Of a stretch of DNA of 64,000 nucleotides, positions 50,937 to 63,581 are shown piece by piece. Location: contig NC_042999.1 in NCBI RefSeq assembly GCF_006345805.1, positions 50,344,001 through 50,408,000 of the forward strand, in the 5' to 3' direction. Positions within the stretch are counted from its first letter, which is position 1, and each line of letters begins with the position of its first letter. This stretch comes from Octopus sinensis. Its lineage: Eukaryota. The translations under genes and the position numbers were made by a program. The notes beneath the pieces are model-generated. The model ran no database searches, had not been told where the DNA came from, and saw only the letters and a list, made by a program, of their open reading frames with translations.

Positions 50937-52031
50937 GTAGGTCACAGAAGACAGACTAAACATTATATTCATGCTTCTAATACATTTGTTTATTATGCAA
51001 ACACAAACCTGCCACTTATTTATTGATAATGAATTTGTGAAGCTGAATACCATCATCATTATATCTATTATTAAGTGTGCAGCTTCCATGCTCAGCAGCA
51101 ACTGATGAACTGAAGAACTGTATCATGTTCCAAAGTCTACTTTGGTTTGATTTTTGCAGCTGAATGCCCTTCCTAATACCAATCACTTTACAGAGTGTAC
51201 TGGGTACATTTTATGCATCACAAGTACTATGAAGAGCATATTATAACTTGCAAGGCTAAGAACCTAAAATGGTCCCTATAACCAAGAGCAGAAATAATAT
51301 CTGTGACCGTCTTCAGTCACGACACAGACCATGGGATTGCACCTAGAAAGTTACCCTCCCAGGCATAAGTCCAGGCAAAGTTGTTTATGGAAGACCAGCA
51401 GTCCTCCATGCATACTGGCTTCCCCTCTCCACGCCACCAGTGTTATCCAAGGGAAAGGCAGAGGCCGGTACAGATTGTCACATGTGACGTCGCAACTCAT
51501 TTCTACAGCTGAGTGAACTGGAGCAACGTGAAATAAAGTGTCTTGCTCAAGAACACAACACGCAGCCCAGTCCGGGATTCGAGCTCACAACCTCATGATT
51601 GTAAGCCCAATGCTCTAACCAAGAGCAGAAATAATAGAAAGAAATAATAGAAATAATAGATGATTTTAGACACTGGGGATGAAGGCAGATAAGTAAGAGG
51701 TAAGAAGTGATTTACAGTTGCAATAAGTTATGACATCTCATCATCTCACCTTATTCTTTTAAATATCAGTCTTCAGAAAATATGGTAAATAGGGACTACC
51801 CATAAAATAAAGCAATAAAAGCCAGGTTTGAGTATTCAAAACTGCTTTCAACATAATAAAAAAAAATACGGTATGGTTATATGTGATGAAATTTTGGTCA
51901 GTAAGCAAGGGAGACAACCTCCAGTGTTTCAGCCCTTTTACACATCATCAGTAAATGTATGGGCTAGCTTGATATTTACAAATGCATATTAAAATCATTT
52001 AATGATGCTTGGGGAGGTGATTAATAGTTAA

Positions 52032-52417
52032 TCTTTATATATAAAAGTGAAGTTGTGTGTCTGTCTCCTACGATTTAGATTCCTAACTACTCCCACATTT
52101 TGCAGTGCAGTGTAACCAAAAGCAGGTATCTTATAGTCGTGATTCATATCGAGCCCTTCTGGGTATTAGCAGATGAGTCTACGATTAAAAAAAAAATTTA
52201 CCATAATTTTTTCCCATTTTTAATGCATTTTTTTGCTATTATATAAGGGAAGTAACTCTCTAAAAATGTATTATTAAATCTCAGAACGTAAAAAGCTACA
52301 GTAACACCCCCATTTGTGGTTAGCCATATTGAGATGGCTATTATACTTTACATCTCTAAAAATGCTTATATAGTTATTTCCCTTACAAACCCGAGCAATG
52401 CCAAGCGATACTACTTG
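52032..52417 (+). mobile_element. Non-autonomous Helitron
   Basis: A|TCTTTATATATAAAAGTGAAGTTG 5' end; 3' CCCGAGCAATGCCAAG degenerate hairpin plus CTTG|T (CTAG variant); ends resemble 26696-27073. Confidence 0.7.
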
Positions 52418-52429
52418 TTGCATTATAAA

Positions 52430-52732
52430 GAGATACTGTCTAATGGCACAGTGAGATTTCTGCTGCCTGAGATGGCTTTTGAGTTTGGCACACCTCTCCT
52501 ATGAAAAATGCAACATGATACATATATGAAGGACCAAAGTATCATGCAGGACAAAAACGGCTTTATCAATTGCATTCTCACCTGGAATCGATTTTTGTAA
52601 ATTTTTAAAGACTTATATACGGCCTGGTACCGTCGGTATCTCCATATCAAATTTGAGTGCAATCGGATGGAGGATGCCAAAGATCCTAGAAGACACACAC
52701 ACAGACAAACAGAACGGACTTTATATAATAGA
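52430..52732 (-). mobile_element. Probable second Helitron-like element, tail-to-tail with 52032-52417
   Basis: Minus strand starts A|TCTATTATATAAAG...TGTCTGTGTG; weak 3' hairpin ACTGT..ACAGT. Confidence 0.5.
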
Positions 52733-53599
52733 TAAGTTATAATCTGATTTATTCAGTTGATCTGTGATATCACTATCATTTTAATATCATTGTAGTGTTG
52801 CATGTATTTTACATGTTTATACATGATTAAGGTTATTTAAGATGACTACCAGTTTCATGTTGGAGACTTTGGATATTCAGTTACATTAAGCATCAAATGG
52901 TGACTATGGCTTTACTTAGATAAACCCAGTATAGCACAACTGCATCACTAAATGCTGATAATGAACTCACAGTTAACAGCCTAAATATGATGAAAGCTTG
53001 GTTGCAATGTCTTACTGCTACAGCAAAGATTTTTTAAAAAAACGTTTCTGGGCGCAATGATTATAAACAAGGAATGAATTTGATTTTATCAAAAGCTGGT
53101 ATGATAGCCATATATAAACAGGTTCTATAATGATAAAACCTTTGGAAAGTAAAATTATGAATTTTGGTGGTGCTCCAGCATGACCACAGCTGAAACAGAT
53201 GAAAGAATAAAACAGTAAAAACGTATAATATCTTATATAATGTCTTTAACTTGTCTCTAAAAGAAATTAAAAATCTGAAAGGATCATATTCTGTAAAATC
53301 TGACTGAATCATTTCAAAGTTATTCTCAAAGATTACATGAATAAGGTTGTATATGAATTTAAAAATAACTGAAACTAAAAGACGTAGTGAAGAAGGTGAT
53401 ATGATTTAAGTGAGATGCATAGATAATATACATTCATCTGCACATCCTATAAAAGAATTAGAATGTTCAATAAGCTGAAGCTTAGTTCATGCTTTAAATT
53501 CATTAAACAGCTTGAAGCAACTTCTAAATTTCAGCTGATTGAAACAAACTAAAAAATAAAAAAGTGGTGGGGGTGACCTTGATGATATCACTGCATTAG

Positions 53600-53985
53600 G
53601 CGTAGGAGTGGCTGTGTGGTAAGGAGCTTGCTTACTAACCACATGGTTCCGGGTTCAGTCTCACTGAATGGCACCACGGGCAAATGTCTTCTACTATAGC
53701 CTCGGGCTTACCAAAGCCTTGTGAGTGGATTTGGTAGACAGAAACTGAAAGAAGCCTGTCGTATATATGTATGTGTGTGTATATGTTTGTGTGTCTGTGT
53801 TTGCCTCCTAACATCACTTGACAACCAATTCTGGTGTGTTTATGTCCCCGTAACTTAGCAGTTCAACAAAAGAGACCGATAGAATAAGTACTAGGCTTAC
53901 AAAGAATAAGTCCTGGGGTCGATTTGCTCGACTAAATGCGGTGCTTTAGCATGGCCACAGTCAATGACTAAAACAAGTAAAAAGA
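53600..53985 (+). mobile_element. SINE family A nested in Gypsy gag
   Basis: Full head-to-tail family A copy. Confidence 0.88.
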
Positions 53986-54696
53986 GTTTTAAAAAATGAG
54001 GGTATTATATATTGATAGAAAAATAAATATAAATTGGATTCTAAATGTCACTTATGTGAATATAAACATGTACACCATCAAAATATCTTACATGTATTAA
54101 AAGTGGAAAGAAGAAATATATCCAAGCAATAAGCAAATCTTCCAAAATGGGGTGAGGAAAATGAAGACATTGAAAATGAAGATTCTACAAGATTTTATGA
54201 ATAAAGCATAAAACCAATTCAGCAATCTTTGTGAGATTCAATAACATTAACATGAAGATATACGTTTAATACTGGCAGTCAGGCAACACCTTAGAATTTC
54301 TGGAAGAATTTCAATAGGCCAAACTTAAGAAAGTTTAATCTCAAACGAAGGCAATTTGATAGATTACTCATTGAAATTTTTGGGAAGTTTACTGCATTAA
54401 TTGTAACTAAGAGAATAAATATTGTTAGCATGAGTGTTACTGGATATAAAACAAAAATCATGGCATGTTTGGTATGGAATGTGATGAATGTTAATAGTTT
54501 CGTGTTAATTCATGAGAATAAAGTTCCAGAACATTTTGGGAGCTTAAGAGGTTTTAAGGCTAACATTTTTCTCAGCTGATCTATTAGGTCATGTTAAGTC
54601 AAGGTACAACCATTACCAATACACATTAAATCATTAGTCATATGAGGAAGCTAATTAATGAATGAGGTTTTAGAAAAATTCCTCCCAGTGGTTGAA

Positions 54697-55221
54697 TACC
54701 TTAAATCCTCGAGTATAATCCGCATTTTTTCCCAAAATTTAAAGGTCAAAATCCCTAGTGCATACTATATACGAGGTTAAAAATGAAAAATATTTTCTAA
54801 GCAATATCTGAGTTTCTATTTGCTGTCCGGCAATGTTTAGTCAGATGCATTTTGTGATGTCAGGCACAAAAATACCTTCAGCTAAGCCTGAAAGCAATGA
54901 AGTCATAACAGAATCATCCATAACTTGCAGTAAGCAACATTTATTAAAATAAAAGCATTCAGAACACAGAATAACATGTAACAAAAACAATTTGCAAACA
55001 TATTTACATTCTCATATAACAATTAAGAACATCACCATTATTGTATTATGCATGCGTGGAAGTGTTTGTTCGACTAGGTGCTGTTGGCTTAATTACGCAC
55101 AACTCAAGTTTGAGAAGGAGTGCATATTATACACAAGGTTTAGGTTTTTCAGAGGTACAGCCCCCTAAAAATCCCCTGCATATTATATTCAAGGGCGGAC
55201 TATACTCGAGGATTTATGGTA
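54697..55221. mobile_element. pogo/Tigger-like MITE nested in Gypsy pol
   Basis: TA|CCTTAAATCCTCGAGTATAATCCGC ... GCGGACTATACTCGAGGATTTATGG|TA terminal inverted repeats. Confidence 0.82.
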
Positions 55222-57224
55222 GCTGGATATCTAAGAATACTGGGTGGGTATAGAGCATGTATTTTATCCTTTATTTGTTTCAGTTATTGGACTACGGCCA
55301 TGCTGGGGCACCACTTTGAGTGGTATAGTCAAACAAATCAACCCCAGTACATATTTCGTAAGTCTGGTACTTATTCTATCAGTTATTTTTGCTGAACCAC
55401 TAAGGTATGGGGATGTAAATAAACCAACACCAGTTGCCAAGTGATTGGGATGGGATAAACACAAACAGAAATATATACGACAGGCTTCCACACAATTTCT
55501 ATTAATAAAATTCATTCACAAGGCATTTGTTAACCTGGGGTTGTGCAAGAAAACTGAACAAATAAATGTTTGAGGCAATGACTATAGCTTCATAGGTTTG
55601 AAGCACCTCCACTGAGATATTTACTGCCTCTGTATAATGAAGTGACCACATGCTTACATACCTACACTGTACATAAATGAAAAACTTTTTCCAGATTCTT
55701 ATGAAACTTTAAATACGATATAGATATTTTATTATCTTTCTGACATGAATTATTTTGCTTAATTTGATTTAATAGGATCATATCATCAGATATAAAAGTA
55801 TTTTGAAGCAAGAAAGTTTCCAACAATAAATATGCTAACAGATATGTCTTTCATAGAGAATTATAACAGCCAGTGCTATGTTTCAGGGAGTAATTCAAAA
55901 TGTTGTTTGAAATGACATTGTTAATGTTATTTTACTTATGGAGATGATATATGTATTGGTGCTAAAATTGGTGAAAGTCTACAGATCAAGGTAGATAAGA
56001 TCATAAAAAGGTTGGGATTGTTAGGCATAGGGAATAATTGAGCGAAGTCTGCATTTGAGAATGATGAATTATCTTTTTGTGGGGGACATAAATTGATACA
56101 AGGTGGTATATCAGCAGATCATCATTTAATAGCGAGAATTGTGAATGTACAACCATCAAAGGATAAGAAGTAATTAAGTAGAATCTTTTCTTGGATTTGT
56201 CAATTTGTATAGGAGCTATGTAGATCATTATTCAGAGCACATATCACCATTTGTATCATTTGTAAACATGGAATCTCGTTTTTATTAGGATCGAACAACA
56301 AAAGGAATTTGATCATAGAAAACTAATGTTAGTACAAAATTCAGGAGTCCAGATTTATAATGCCACAAAAAACGGTTACCCTAACAACATGCAAATGAAA
56401 AAGCATATATCAGGAAGTCTTTCATAAGACTGTGATCCTGTACAATATTAGTCAAAAATATTACCCACAGTTGAAACTAGATACTCAAATATTCAAAGGA
56501 AAGACTAGGTGATTGTATGGTGTAGTCAAAAAGGTATGACTCTTCCCACTAGGCCAAAAATTTTGGTTGGCTTTCGATCATAGGCCTCTTGGATTTCTTT
56601 TCCAGATAAATTGTGGTTGACTGAAAATAATGTTTTAAGATGGGCCACACAAAGGGCCCCATTTAATAATGAAACATTTTATAATGTGATCATAAATATC
56701 ATATATTATTGCATTATTATTGATGCAATTCATTAAGAATATTGATTTTGAGTTTTCATCATCATAGTCATTGTTGTTATGACTATGATGATGATGAGGA
56801 GGAGGAGGAGGAGGAGGATTAAGATGTGGTTGATGAGGAAGAGGAGGAGAATTTTGCATCCATTTTATAGAAATGTGTTATAAATGTAAAAAAATATAAA
56901 CTGCTCATATTCTATCTGATGTATTAAAGAGGATTTTAAACAATAATTAGTGGGATTGCTCTATTGTTGAAAGTTGGTATTAATGAGGAGGAATTAATTG
57001 TTCCGTCAACATGTATGAGAATAAAAGTCATGTATGACAAGGATAATGATGTGCATTATGGCTCTACAGCAACAAGAAATTGATTGAAATTACAAGCAGA
57101 ATGACAAGGTTCCAGTGAAGATGAGGAACAACATAAAATATGTCTAATATGTCCTAGAATAAAATTGGAGCTGCCTCACACAGTGCGCTGATGGCCTAAA
57201 GAAACTAACACATAGATATTTTTT

Positions 57225-57480
57225 TTTAAATGTTCCTTCTCGAGCTATGCCAGGCTCATAAGGGCCGGTTTCCCGGTTTCAGTGGTGTAGAAATTCCCCA
57301 CCTGGACGGGACGCCAGTCCGTTGCAGGATTACTCATTTTTGTCAGCTGAGTGGACTGGAGCAATGTGAAAATGAAGTGTTTTGCTCAAGAACACAACGC
57401 ATTGCCCGGTCCAGGAATCGAAACCACAACCTTACGATCATGAGTTCAACACCATAACCACTAAGCCACATGCCTCCACA
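57225..57480 (-). mobile_element. SINE family E nested in Gypsy integrase
   Basis: Matches 24210-24460; lies between the HHCC and core integrase segments. Confidence 0.85.
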
Positions 57481-58317
57481 CATAGATATTTGTACATATG
57501 GGTAATGCTTATGCCAAGAATTTAGGTCCCTTAATATTGTTCTATGCATCCTCTGGGTAACCAAACATAATAAAATTGAGGAATAAAGTAACAGAAACAA
57601 GCAAATACTTTGAAGTGTGTTCCACAAACATAGTTCCACAAACATTAACATCTAATGATGCTTGTAAATTTTATGATAATAAATTTATATTCATGGCTAA
57701 GTTAGGCCAAAGAAAATAATCCCATATCTTTTATAATAAAATAGAATAGCTTGAAGATCGGTCGCAGTAGTTAAAATACATTTAAAAGAAATTTCGCTAC
57801 TAAGTAAATGTTCTTGAGTTATCATACATTTTCTTATTCTCACTTATGTAGATTAAATAAAGAACAAAAATATTAATAGTGAAAAAAATACTGAATCAAC
57901 TTTTCAGATATTGAACGACATCTCAGACAAAGATTGTGATTTGACAACTGATACAAGCACAAACATTGAGAATGATATAAGACAAAATTCTCAAATAACA
58001 AAATGAATTAAGCTATTTTGTTTCTCAGAGATGTGATATCATTGTTATGTTAATGTTGTTGCTGTGTTGCAAGAGTTTTAAATGCTTAAAAATGATCAAG
58101 ACTGTTTAAGATTGCTACCAGTTCAGTGTTAGTGAGCTTGATATTCAGTTGAATAAAGCTTTTGGTTGTAAAGAATCATGTGTGGTTATGGCTTTGAAAC
58201 AACATTATTTAATTTATGAGAAAAATTATAATCAAACTCAACTGTTGTATGATGGATTTCATGCATTGAAATAGAGAAATAGAATAGTAAATCTTTTAAT
58301 TAGCATCTCACAAATTT

Positions 58318-58461
58318 GGTGGTGCTCCAGCATGGCCACAGTCACATGACTGAAACAAGTAAAAGAGTAAATTAAAACAAATACTGTTACCATTCAATTT
58401 GTTTTAATTTACTCTTTTACTTGTTTCAGTCATGTGACTGTGGCCATGCTGGAGCATCACC
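58318..58461. repeat. Fold-back inverted repeat: 60-bp perfect stem, 14-nt loop
   Basis: 58323-58382 is the exact reverse complement of 58397-58456; 5 further bp pair with one G-T. Confidence 0.93.
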
Positions 58462-58803
58462 TTTAGTTGAGCAATTCGATCCCAGGACTTATTCTTTGTA
58501 AGCTTAGTACTTAGTCTATTGATCTCTTTTGCTGAACCACCAAGTTACTGGGACGTAAACACACCAGCATCAGTTGTCAAGCGATGTTGGGATGGGGGAC
58601 AAACACAGACGCAGAAACATATACACACACATACATATATACGACAGGCTTCTTTCAGTTTCCGTCTACCAAATCCATTCACCAGGCTTTGGTTGGCCCG
58701 AGGCTATAGTAGAAGACACTTGCCCAAGGTACCATGCAGTGGTACTGAACCCAGAACCATGAAGTTCGTAAGCAAGCTACTTACCACACAGCCACTCCTG
58801 CGC
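58410..58803 (-). mobile_element. SINE family A (its tail forms the right arm of the hairpin)
   Basis: Reverse-complement family A body. Confidence 0.9.
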
Positions 58804-60452
58804 CTATACATTTGCTAAAAATGTATTGATCAACCTTAAACATCAAGTCATTCATAAAAGTTGAAGGCAATATAGTACTATAGTAATAGAGCAAGTACAG
58901 AATCAATGATTCAGAAATGATAACTTAGAAGTGTTTAATTTAAAATGTATCGGATCTTGGAAGTATTCCGAGTATTGATTAACCTTATCCAATCATTCAT
59001 AAAAGTTAAAGATAGCATAGTACAGCAGTAATAAAGCATTTAATGTGGAACTCCTGAAAATGTAGGGCATGTAGCATATGCTACTCTTACTACTAAGTCG
59101 ATCCAGCACCAAGAGAGGTTTAACTTCAGGGCTAACCTGGGCCTAAAGAGCAACTGTAACAATAAGTATTCACTGGCTGTTTATACATCTTTACCAGTGA
59201 GCCATTTTGGAAGTATCTTTTATTCAATAAAAAAACAAAAAAAAAACAGCGAAAAAAAAACTTTAATATTTTATTTTAGCACTGTTTTTTTTTTTATTTC
59301 TTCCATAAGTATCAAAGTGAGAATGAAATTGAAATATTTCTCAAAGGAAGTTGATAACATCTATATCAAATAATATATAAAAACATTAAAATATATTGAT
59401 CAAAATCTAAATTTTCCAGTCGCAAAAATAAAATTACAATTCATTTTGTGGTACTGATATGAAATATTCTGTCAAATAAGAAGTAAAAAAAATGTATTAA
59501 AGATATTGTATGAAACTTATTAGGACATTACAAAACAGCATAATTATTACATATGTGAAGATTGTATAAAAATCAACTTTTCTTTTATTCCTTCAATAAC
59601 CATAACAACAACAAAAACAATAATGATAATTTAAAAAAAATTTAAGTAGAAGACCAACAGTTCTGATTAGAGATGGCTCATTGATACTAATGACCCTAAT
59701 ACTTGACTGGTACTTTAGTTTATCAAACCCAAAAGATGAAAGGCAGACTTGACCCAGGTGGAATTTGAACTCAAAATGTAAAGAGAAAGAACAAATTTCA
59801 GAATGCGCAAATGATACTGCCTGTCCTATCCGTTGCCCTAATAAATGTTTCTTATAAATAATTGTTTCTGAAATTTTAGGAGAATAGGTTTGCTGATCAA
59901 ACTAACTCCAGTACTTGACAGGTAGTTTATTTCATCAAGCCCGACCTCAGTGAAATTTGAACTTGGTATGTAAAGTGCTGAGACAAATACTGCAAAGTAT
60001 TTTGTCCAATGCCCTAACAATTTTGCCAGTTCAACAATGAATGATGATGATGATAATTGTTCATAATATAGACACAACGCCAGAAATTTGAGATTGAGAT
60101 TAGTCAATTTGTTGATTCCAGTACTTGACTGGTACTTTATTTTCATCAATTCTGAAAATATGAAATCCTAATTAAAATAATATGGCATGAAGTATTGGGC
60201 AAAGAGATTTTAAACTAGCTTATTTAGCAAAAGGAAAGAGGTAATACCTTTGAAATTGCTAGCAATTACGGTAAAAATAACTTTATTTTATTTATTCATT
60301 TTATCTTGACTTATAGACCAAAAGGAATTGTAGAATCTGTAATTCTATCATTCTGTTTCTAAACTGATGATGGAGAAGGTGATGCAGTAAAAAAAAAATA
60401 TTGAAAGTATAAAGAAATGAAAAGCAATAGTTTTGACTTTTTTTAAACCCAG

Positions 60453-60549
60453 AAGTATTTCAAGATACCAGAAGGAAAGAACAACTTTGGAATATAGAAT
60501 ACAGAAATACTGGAAATATAAAATACAGAGATATTGGAAAGAGCCCCAG
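60453..60549 (+). CDS. Candidate 97-nt exon (SISRYQKERTTLEYRIQKYWKYKIQRYWKEPQ or VFQDTRRKEQLWNIEYRNTGNIKYRDIGKSP)
   Basis: GACTTTTTTTAAACCCAG acceptor; CAG|GTGCAG donor; two open frames; internal 24-nt duplication. Confidence 0.4.
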
Positions 60550-61208
60550 GTGCAGAAAAAATCCAAAATTACCAGTTATGGATAAATGGAATTAAATTTA
60601 AGATTTTATATAGATTTTTCATTTTTGTTGCAAAGTTCTAACTTTGCAATGTAATATTTAGCCTCTCTCAGCATGCCACTTGTTACATCTTGATAAAAAT
60701 CCTGAACAAAATAACAAAATGCTTCATAGTAACTAGCATAGTGTCACATGATTCAGAATCAAAATTCTTTCAGAATCAGTAAAATATCCATTAATAATAT
60801 ACTTGAATTAAGTTGAGCAGATATAATCCTATTGCTTTAAAAAAAATTTTTTTTTAAGAAATGATATTACAATATTAGATCATACAATTGGATCACATGT
60901 TACAGAACTTAGTGCCTTACTTTGGTAGATATAATACTTTCAGTGATCAAATAGGACTTATTATCCTAACTGGGGTCTACATAATACATTTTATAAAATG
61001 CGGGTCTTTTCTGTTTGGCAGCCAGTTTTCAATTTCTTCAATTTTTGTTCCAACCGATTTCATATTTGGAGTAATAATGTGGTTTTGTAAAGCAAGCATT
61101 TACATGAAATTCATTTTCCCTATATATCAATAAATAAAGAGCTTTTACAGTTTGCATATTCTGGGTAATTCTAGCCAATTGAAAGTCACAGACATATAAT
61201 AAGTGCTT

Positions 61209-61222
61209 GTTTCCATAGTAAC
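61209..61222. promoter_or_regulatory. RFX X-box-like motif GTTTCCATAGTAAC
   Basis: Fits the GTHNYY-AT-RRNAAC consensus; embedded in palindrome GCTTGTT..AACAAGC (61205-61226). Single motif match only. Confidence 0.3.
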
Positions 61223-62409
61223 AAGCCAAGCTGTTACCAAGCTACTTATCACATGTTTTTTTTTTTTGTAGCTTATCAAATGCTTAAAACACATACAGTA
61301 TGACATGTGCTAAAAATAACACTAAATAGGGCTTAAATTGCATGAATTCCTGTGTGTAGAATACAAATTTGCAAAAATTTTCTAAAAATTCCAAAAAATG
61401 AAAAAGTTACAAAGGGTTATATGGCATGTGTAAAGTAAAATTCCACCAATATTTCACGCTCAAAATGATAGCTTCCAAATTCTGTTTTCTGATTGGGTAA
61501 AAATGATCAAACATTAAACCTCTGTAACTTTTTTAAAACGATTTTCTGGAAAAACTGAATTATCTCCTGAGATTTAGCATGGAAAATTACATCAATACAT
61601 CAAATTTTTATATTTTCACTAAACTTTCAAAATTTCCACAGGTGCAGCCAAGCAGAAATGACCCTAAAATGCAGGCATTGCAGTGTAATTATCCCTGTAA
61701 TCACATGGTTCCACATTTGATACCACGTTACAGCACTTTGGACAAGTGTGTTCTGTCATAGTCTTGTGTTGATCAAAACTTTGTAAGTGGAATTTTGTAT
61801 GTTAGCCTCGTTCATTCAAATGAATAGAAGAGAGGATGATCATTTATTGAAAGTAACATGACCAAGAGAGCAAGAGTATGAACAGAAGAGGGAGAAAGGT
61901 GACAAAACTAGAGTGGCATGATAGAAGAAAGATTATGATGGAGAATAGAGTGATAAGAGCAAGAGAGTGACATAGGAGGAAGTAATGGAAGAGAAGCAGT
62001 AATAGGCAGTGACATGCTGGTTGTTGGCATCTAAATAGAATATAAAAGTAGCATGAGTTAAATGGTGGGGGGAAAGAGAGAAAGATAGGAAAGAGATAGC
62101 ATGATGGAAGGGAGATTAACAGAAATGAGAAAGAGTGATGTATGCCAACAATGAGTGACAGATGAGGCAGTAATGTGATTAAAGAGAGTAATGGCTTGCA
62201 ATAAAGATGGGTAAAGATAAAGGAGAGAGCAATGGATGTTGATGATAAGTGAAAAGGAAGGAGGAACAAGAAAAAGAGAGAGTGACGGTTAGAAATAAAG
62301 AAGTGTTATGAGAGGGAGGATGCGATACAGATTTGATGCCATTTCTCATTATACAGGCAGCAGGATGAGAAGAGGTAGTGATAGATGTTGTTGGTAAGGG
62401 TAGCCAAAT

Positions 62410-62690
62410 AGTTTACACCACTTTGTCCAATGTCATCCTAGGTCTTTCTGTCCTTTGGGTTCTGTCTACTTCAAGCAAATGACAATTCTTTGATACAACT
62501 GACAGGTGCCATAAATATTCTATGCTTGTACCAGCACTACCTGTCTTACACATTACATACAATTCCATTTAGATCCAAATTTTTTTCTCAGTTCATTTGT
62601 GCTGACATTAAGTGTGCCTCTCTGTGTCCATTCAGCCTACAAGAAATACAAGTCCAAACTAGCTCAAATAAAATTGCGATGTCCTACATG
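62410..62690 (-). pseudogene. Older RTE ORF2 3' fragment
   Basis: KNCHLLEVDRTQRTERPRMTLDKVV aligns with KKCHTLAVEGTCGRCRPRKTWVEVV of the young copy; the purine-rich 61840-62400 is probably its 3'UTR. Confidence 0.6.
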
Positions 62691-62744
62691 CACCTAAAAT
62701 TACAAACTAACCACCAATAGCATGCTTTTAATCATAAATCTAAT

Positions 62745-63050
62745 TCATCAAGGTTGTGCGCCTTACTGGCACTTGTGCCGGTGGCACGTGAAAAAACATT
62801 CGAGCGAGGTCGTTGCCAGCACTGCCAGACTGGACCCCATGCCGGTGGCACATAAAAGCACCCACTACACTCTCGGAGTGTTTGACGTTAGGAAGGGCAT
62901 CCAGCTGTAGAAACACTGCCAGATCAAGATTGGAGCCTGGTGCAGCCATCTGGTTCCCCAGTCCTCAGTCAAATCATCCAACCCATGCTAGCATGAAAAG
63001 CGGACATTAAACGATGATGATGATGATGATGATGACGACGACGACGACTC
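62745..63050 (+). mobile_element. RTE 3'UTR-derived element with two repeat units and (GAT)n(GAC)n tail
   Basis: Two (G/A)TGCCGGTGGCAC..AAAA(A/G)CA units then CCCACTACACTC...CCCATGCTAGCATG...(GAT)n. Confidence 0.88.
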
Positions 63051-63581
63051 AGGATTAAACAACAACAACAACAACTACTATTCTGCTCCTCGTCCTAGTC
63101 CTCCTCCTCCCCATCATCATCATCATCCTTCTATTACTACTGCTGTAAGCCACAAAGACTTATATTTATAAGCGTCCAGAATGAAACAAACAGTTGTCAA
63201 AAGTTATTTTGGTTGTTTATAGGCTGAAGAATTGCTAAGTTAGTATTATTGAGAATGAGATGAAAAAAATATATAATTGTAATAACTCATTTCATATCAA
63301 AGAGCAGTAACTGATTGATTCGACTGATTCTCGAAGCTATTGAAGAAAGAAATCATTGAATAACAAATAGCCCATGTAGTGTTTGAACAAATCACTTTAA
63401 CTAGACAAATGGAAATCAAGTGGAAGATCATTCCAGCACTTTTATGTATAATGAGAGACAGTCTAATAGGAAACTAATGTTCAGTGAAGAATTAGTTAGG
63501 TAAGATATTAATATGAAGAAGCAATATCATTAGTAGAGACTTAAATATTAAACTTGTGAGATTTCATTTTGGTTATCTTAG

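Larger units (their letters stand above)
52763..58163 (+). mobile_element. Full-length ancient Ty3/Gypsy provirus (LTR-gag-PR-RT-RH-IN-LTR) with nested insertions
   Basis: LTRs 52763-52895 and 58032-~58163 (74/100 identical, ungapped manual count); PBS-like TGGTGAC at 52898; PR NTGSQ ~54268; RT DLIGSYHQI and YGDD 55937-55948; RH ETRYSNI and DHRPL ~56576; IN VHYGSTATR/CLIC ~57050-57150 and core ~57495-57740. Confidence 0.88.

Noticed and set aside
55845-55892. Exon DMSFIENYNSQCYVSG
   Set aside because: Lies inside the Gypsy RT (ITASAMFQ frame).
60888-61133. 81-aa hydrophobic ORF as a membrane protein
   Set aside because: Starts at TTG, hydrophobicity is explained by T-richness, and no family motif is recognised.
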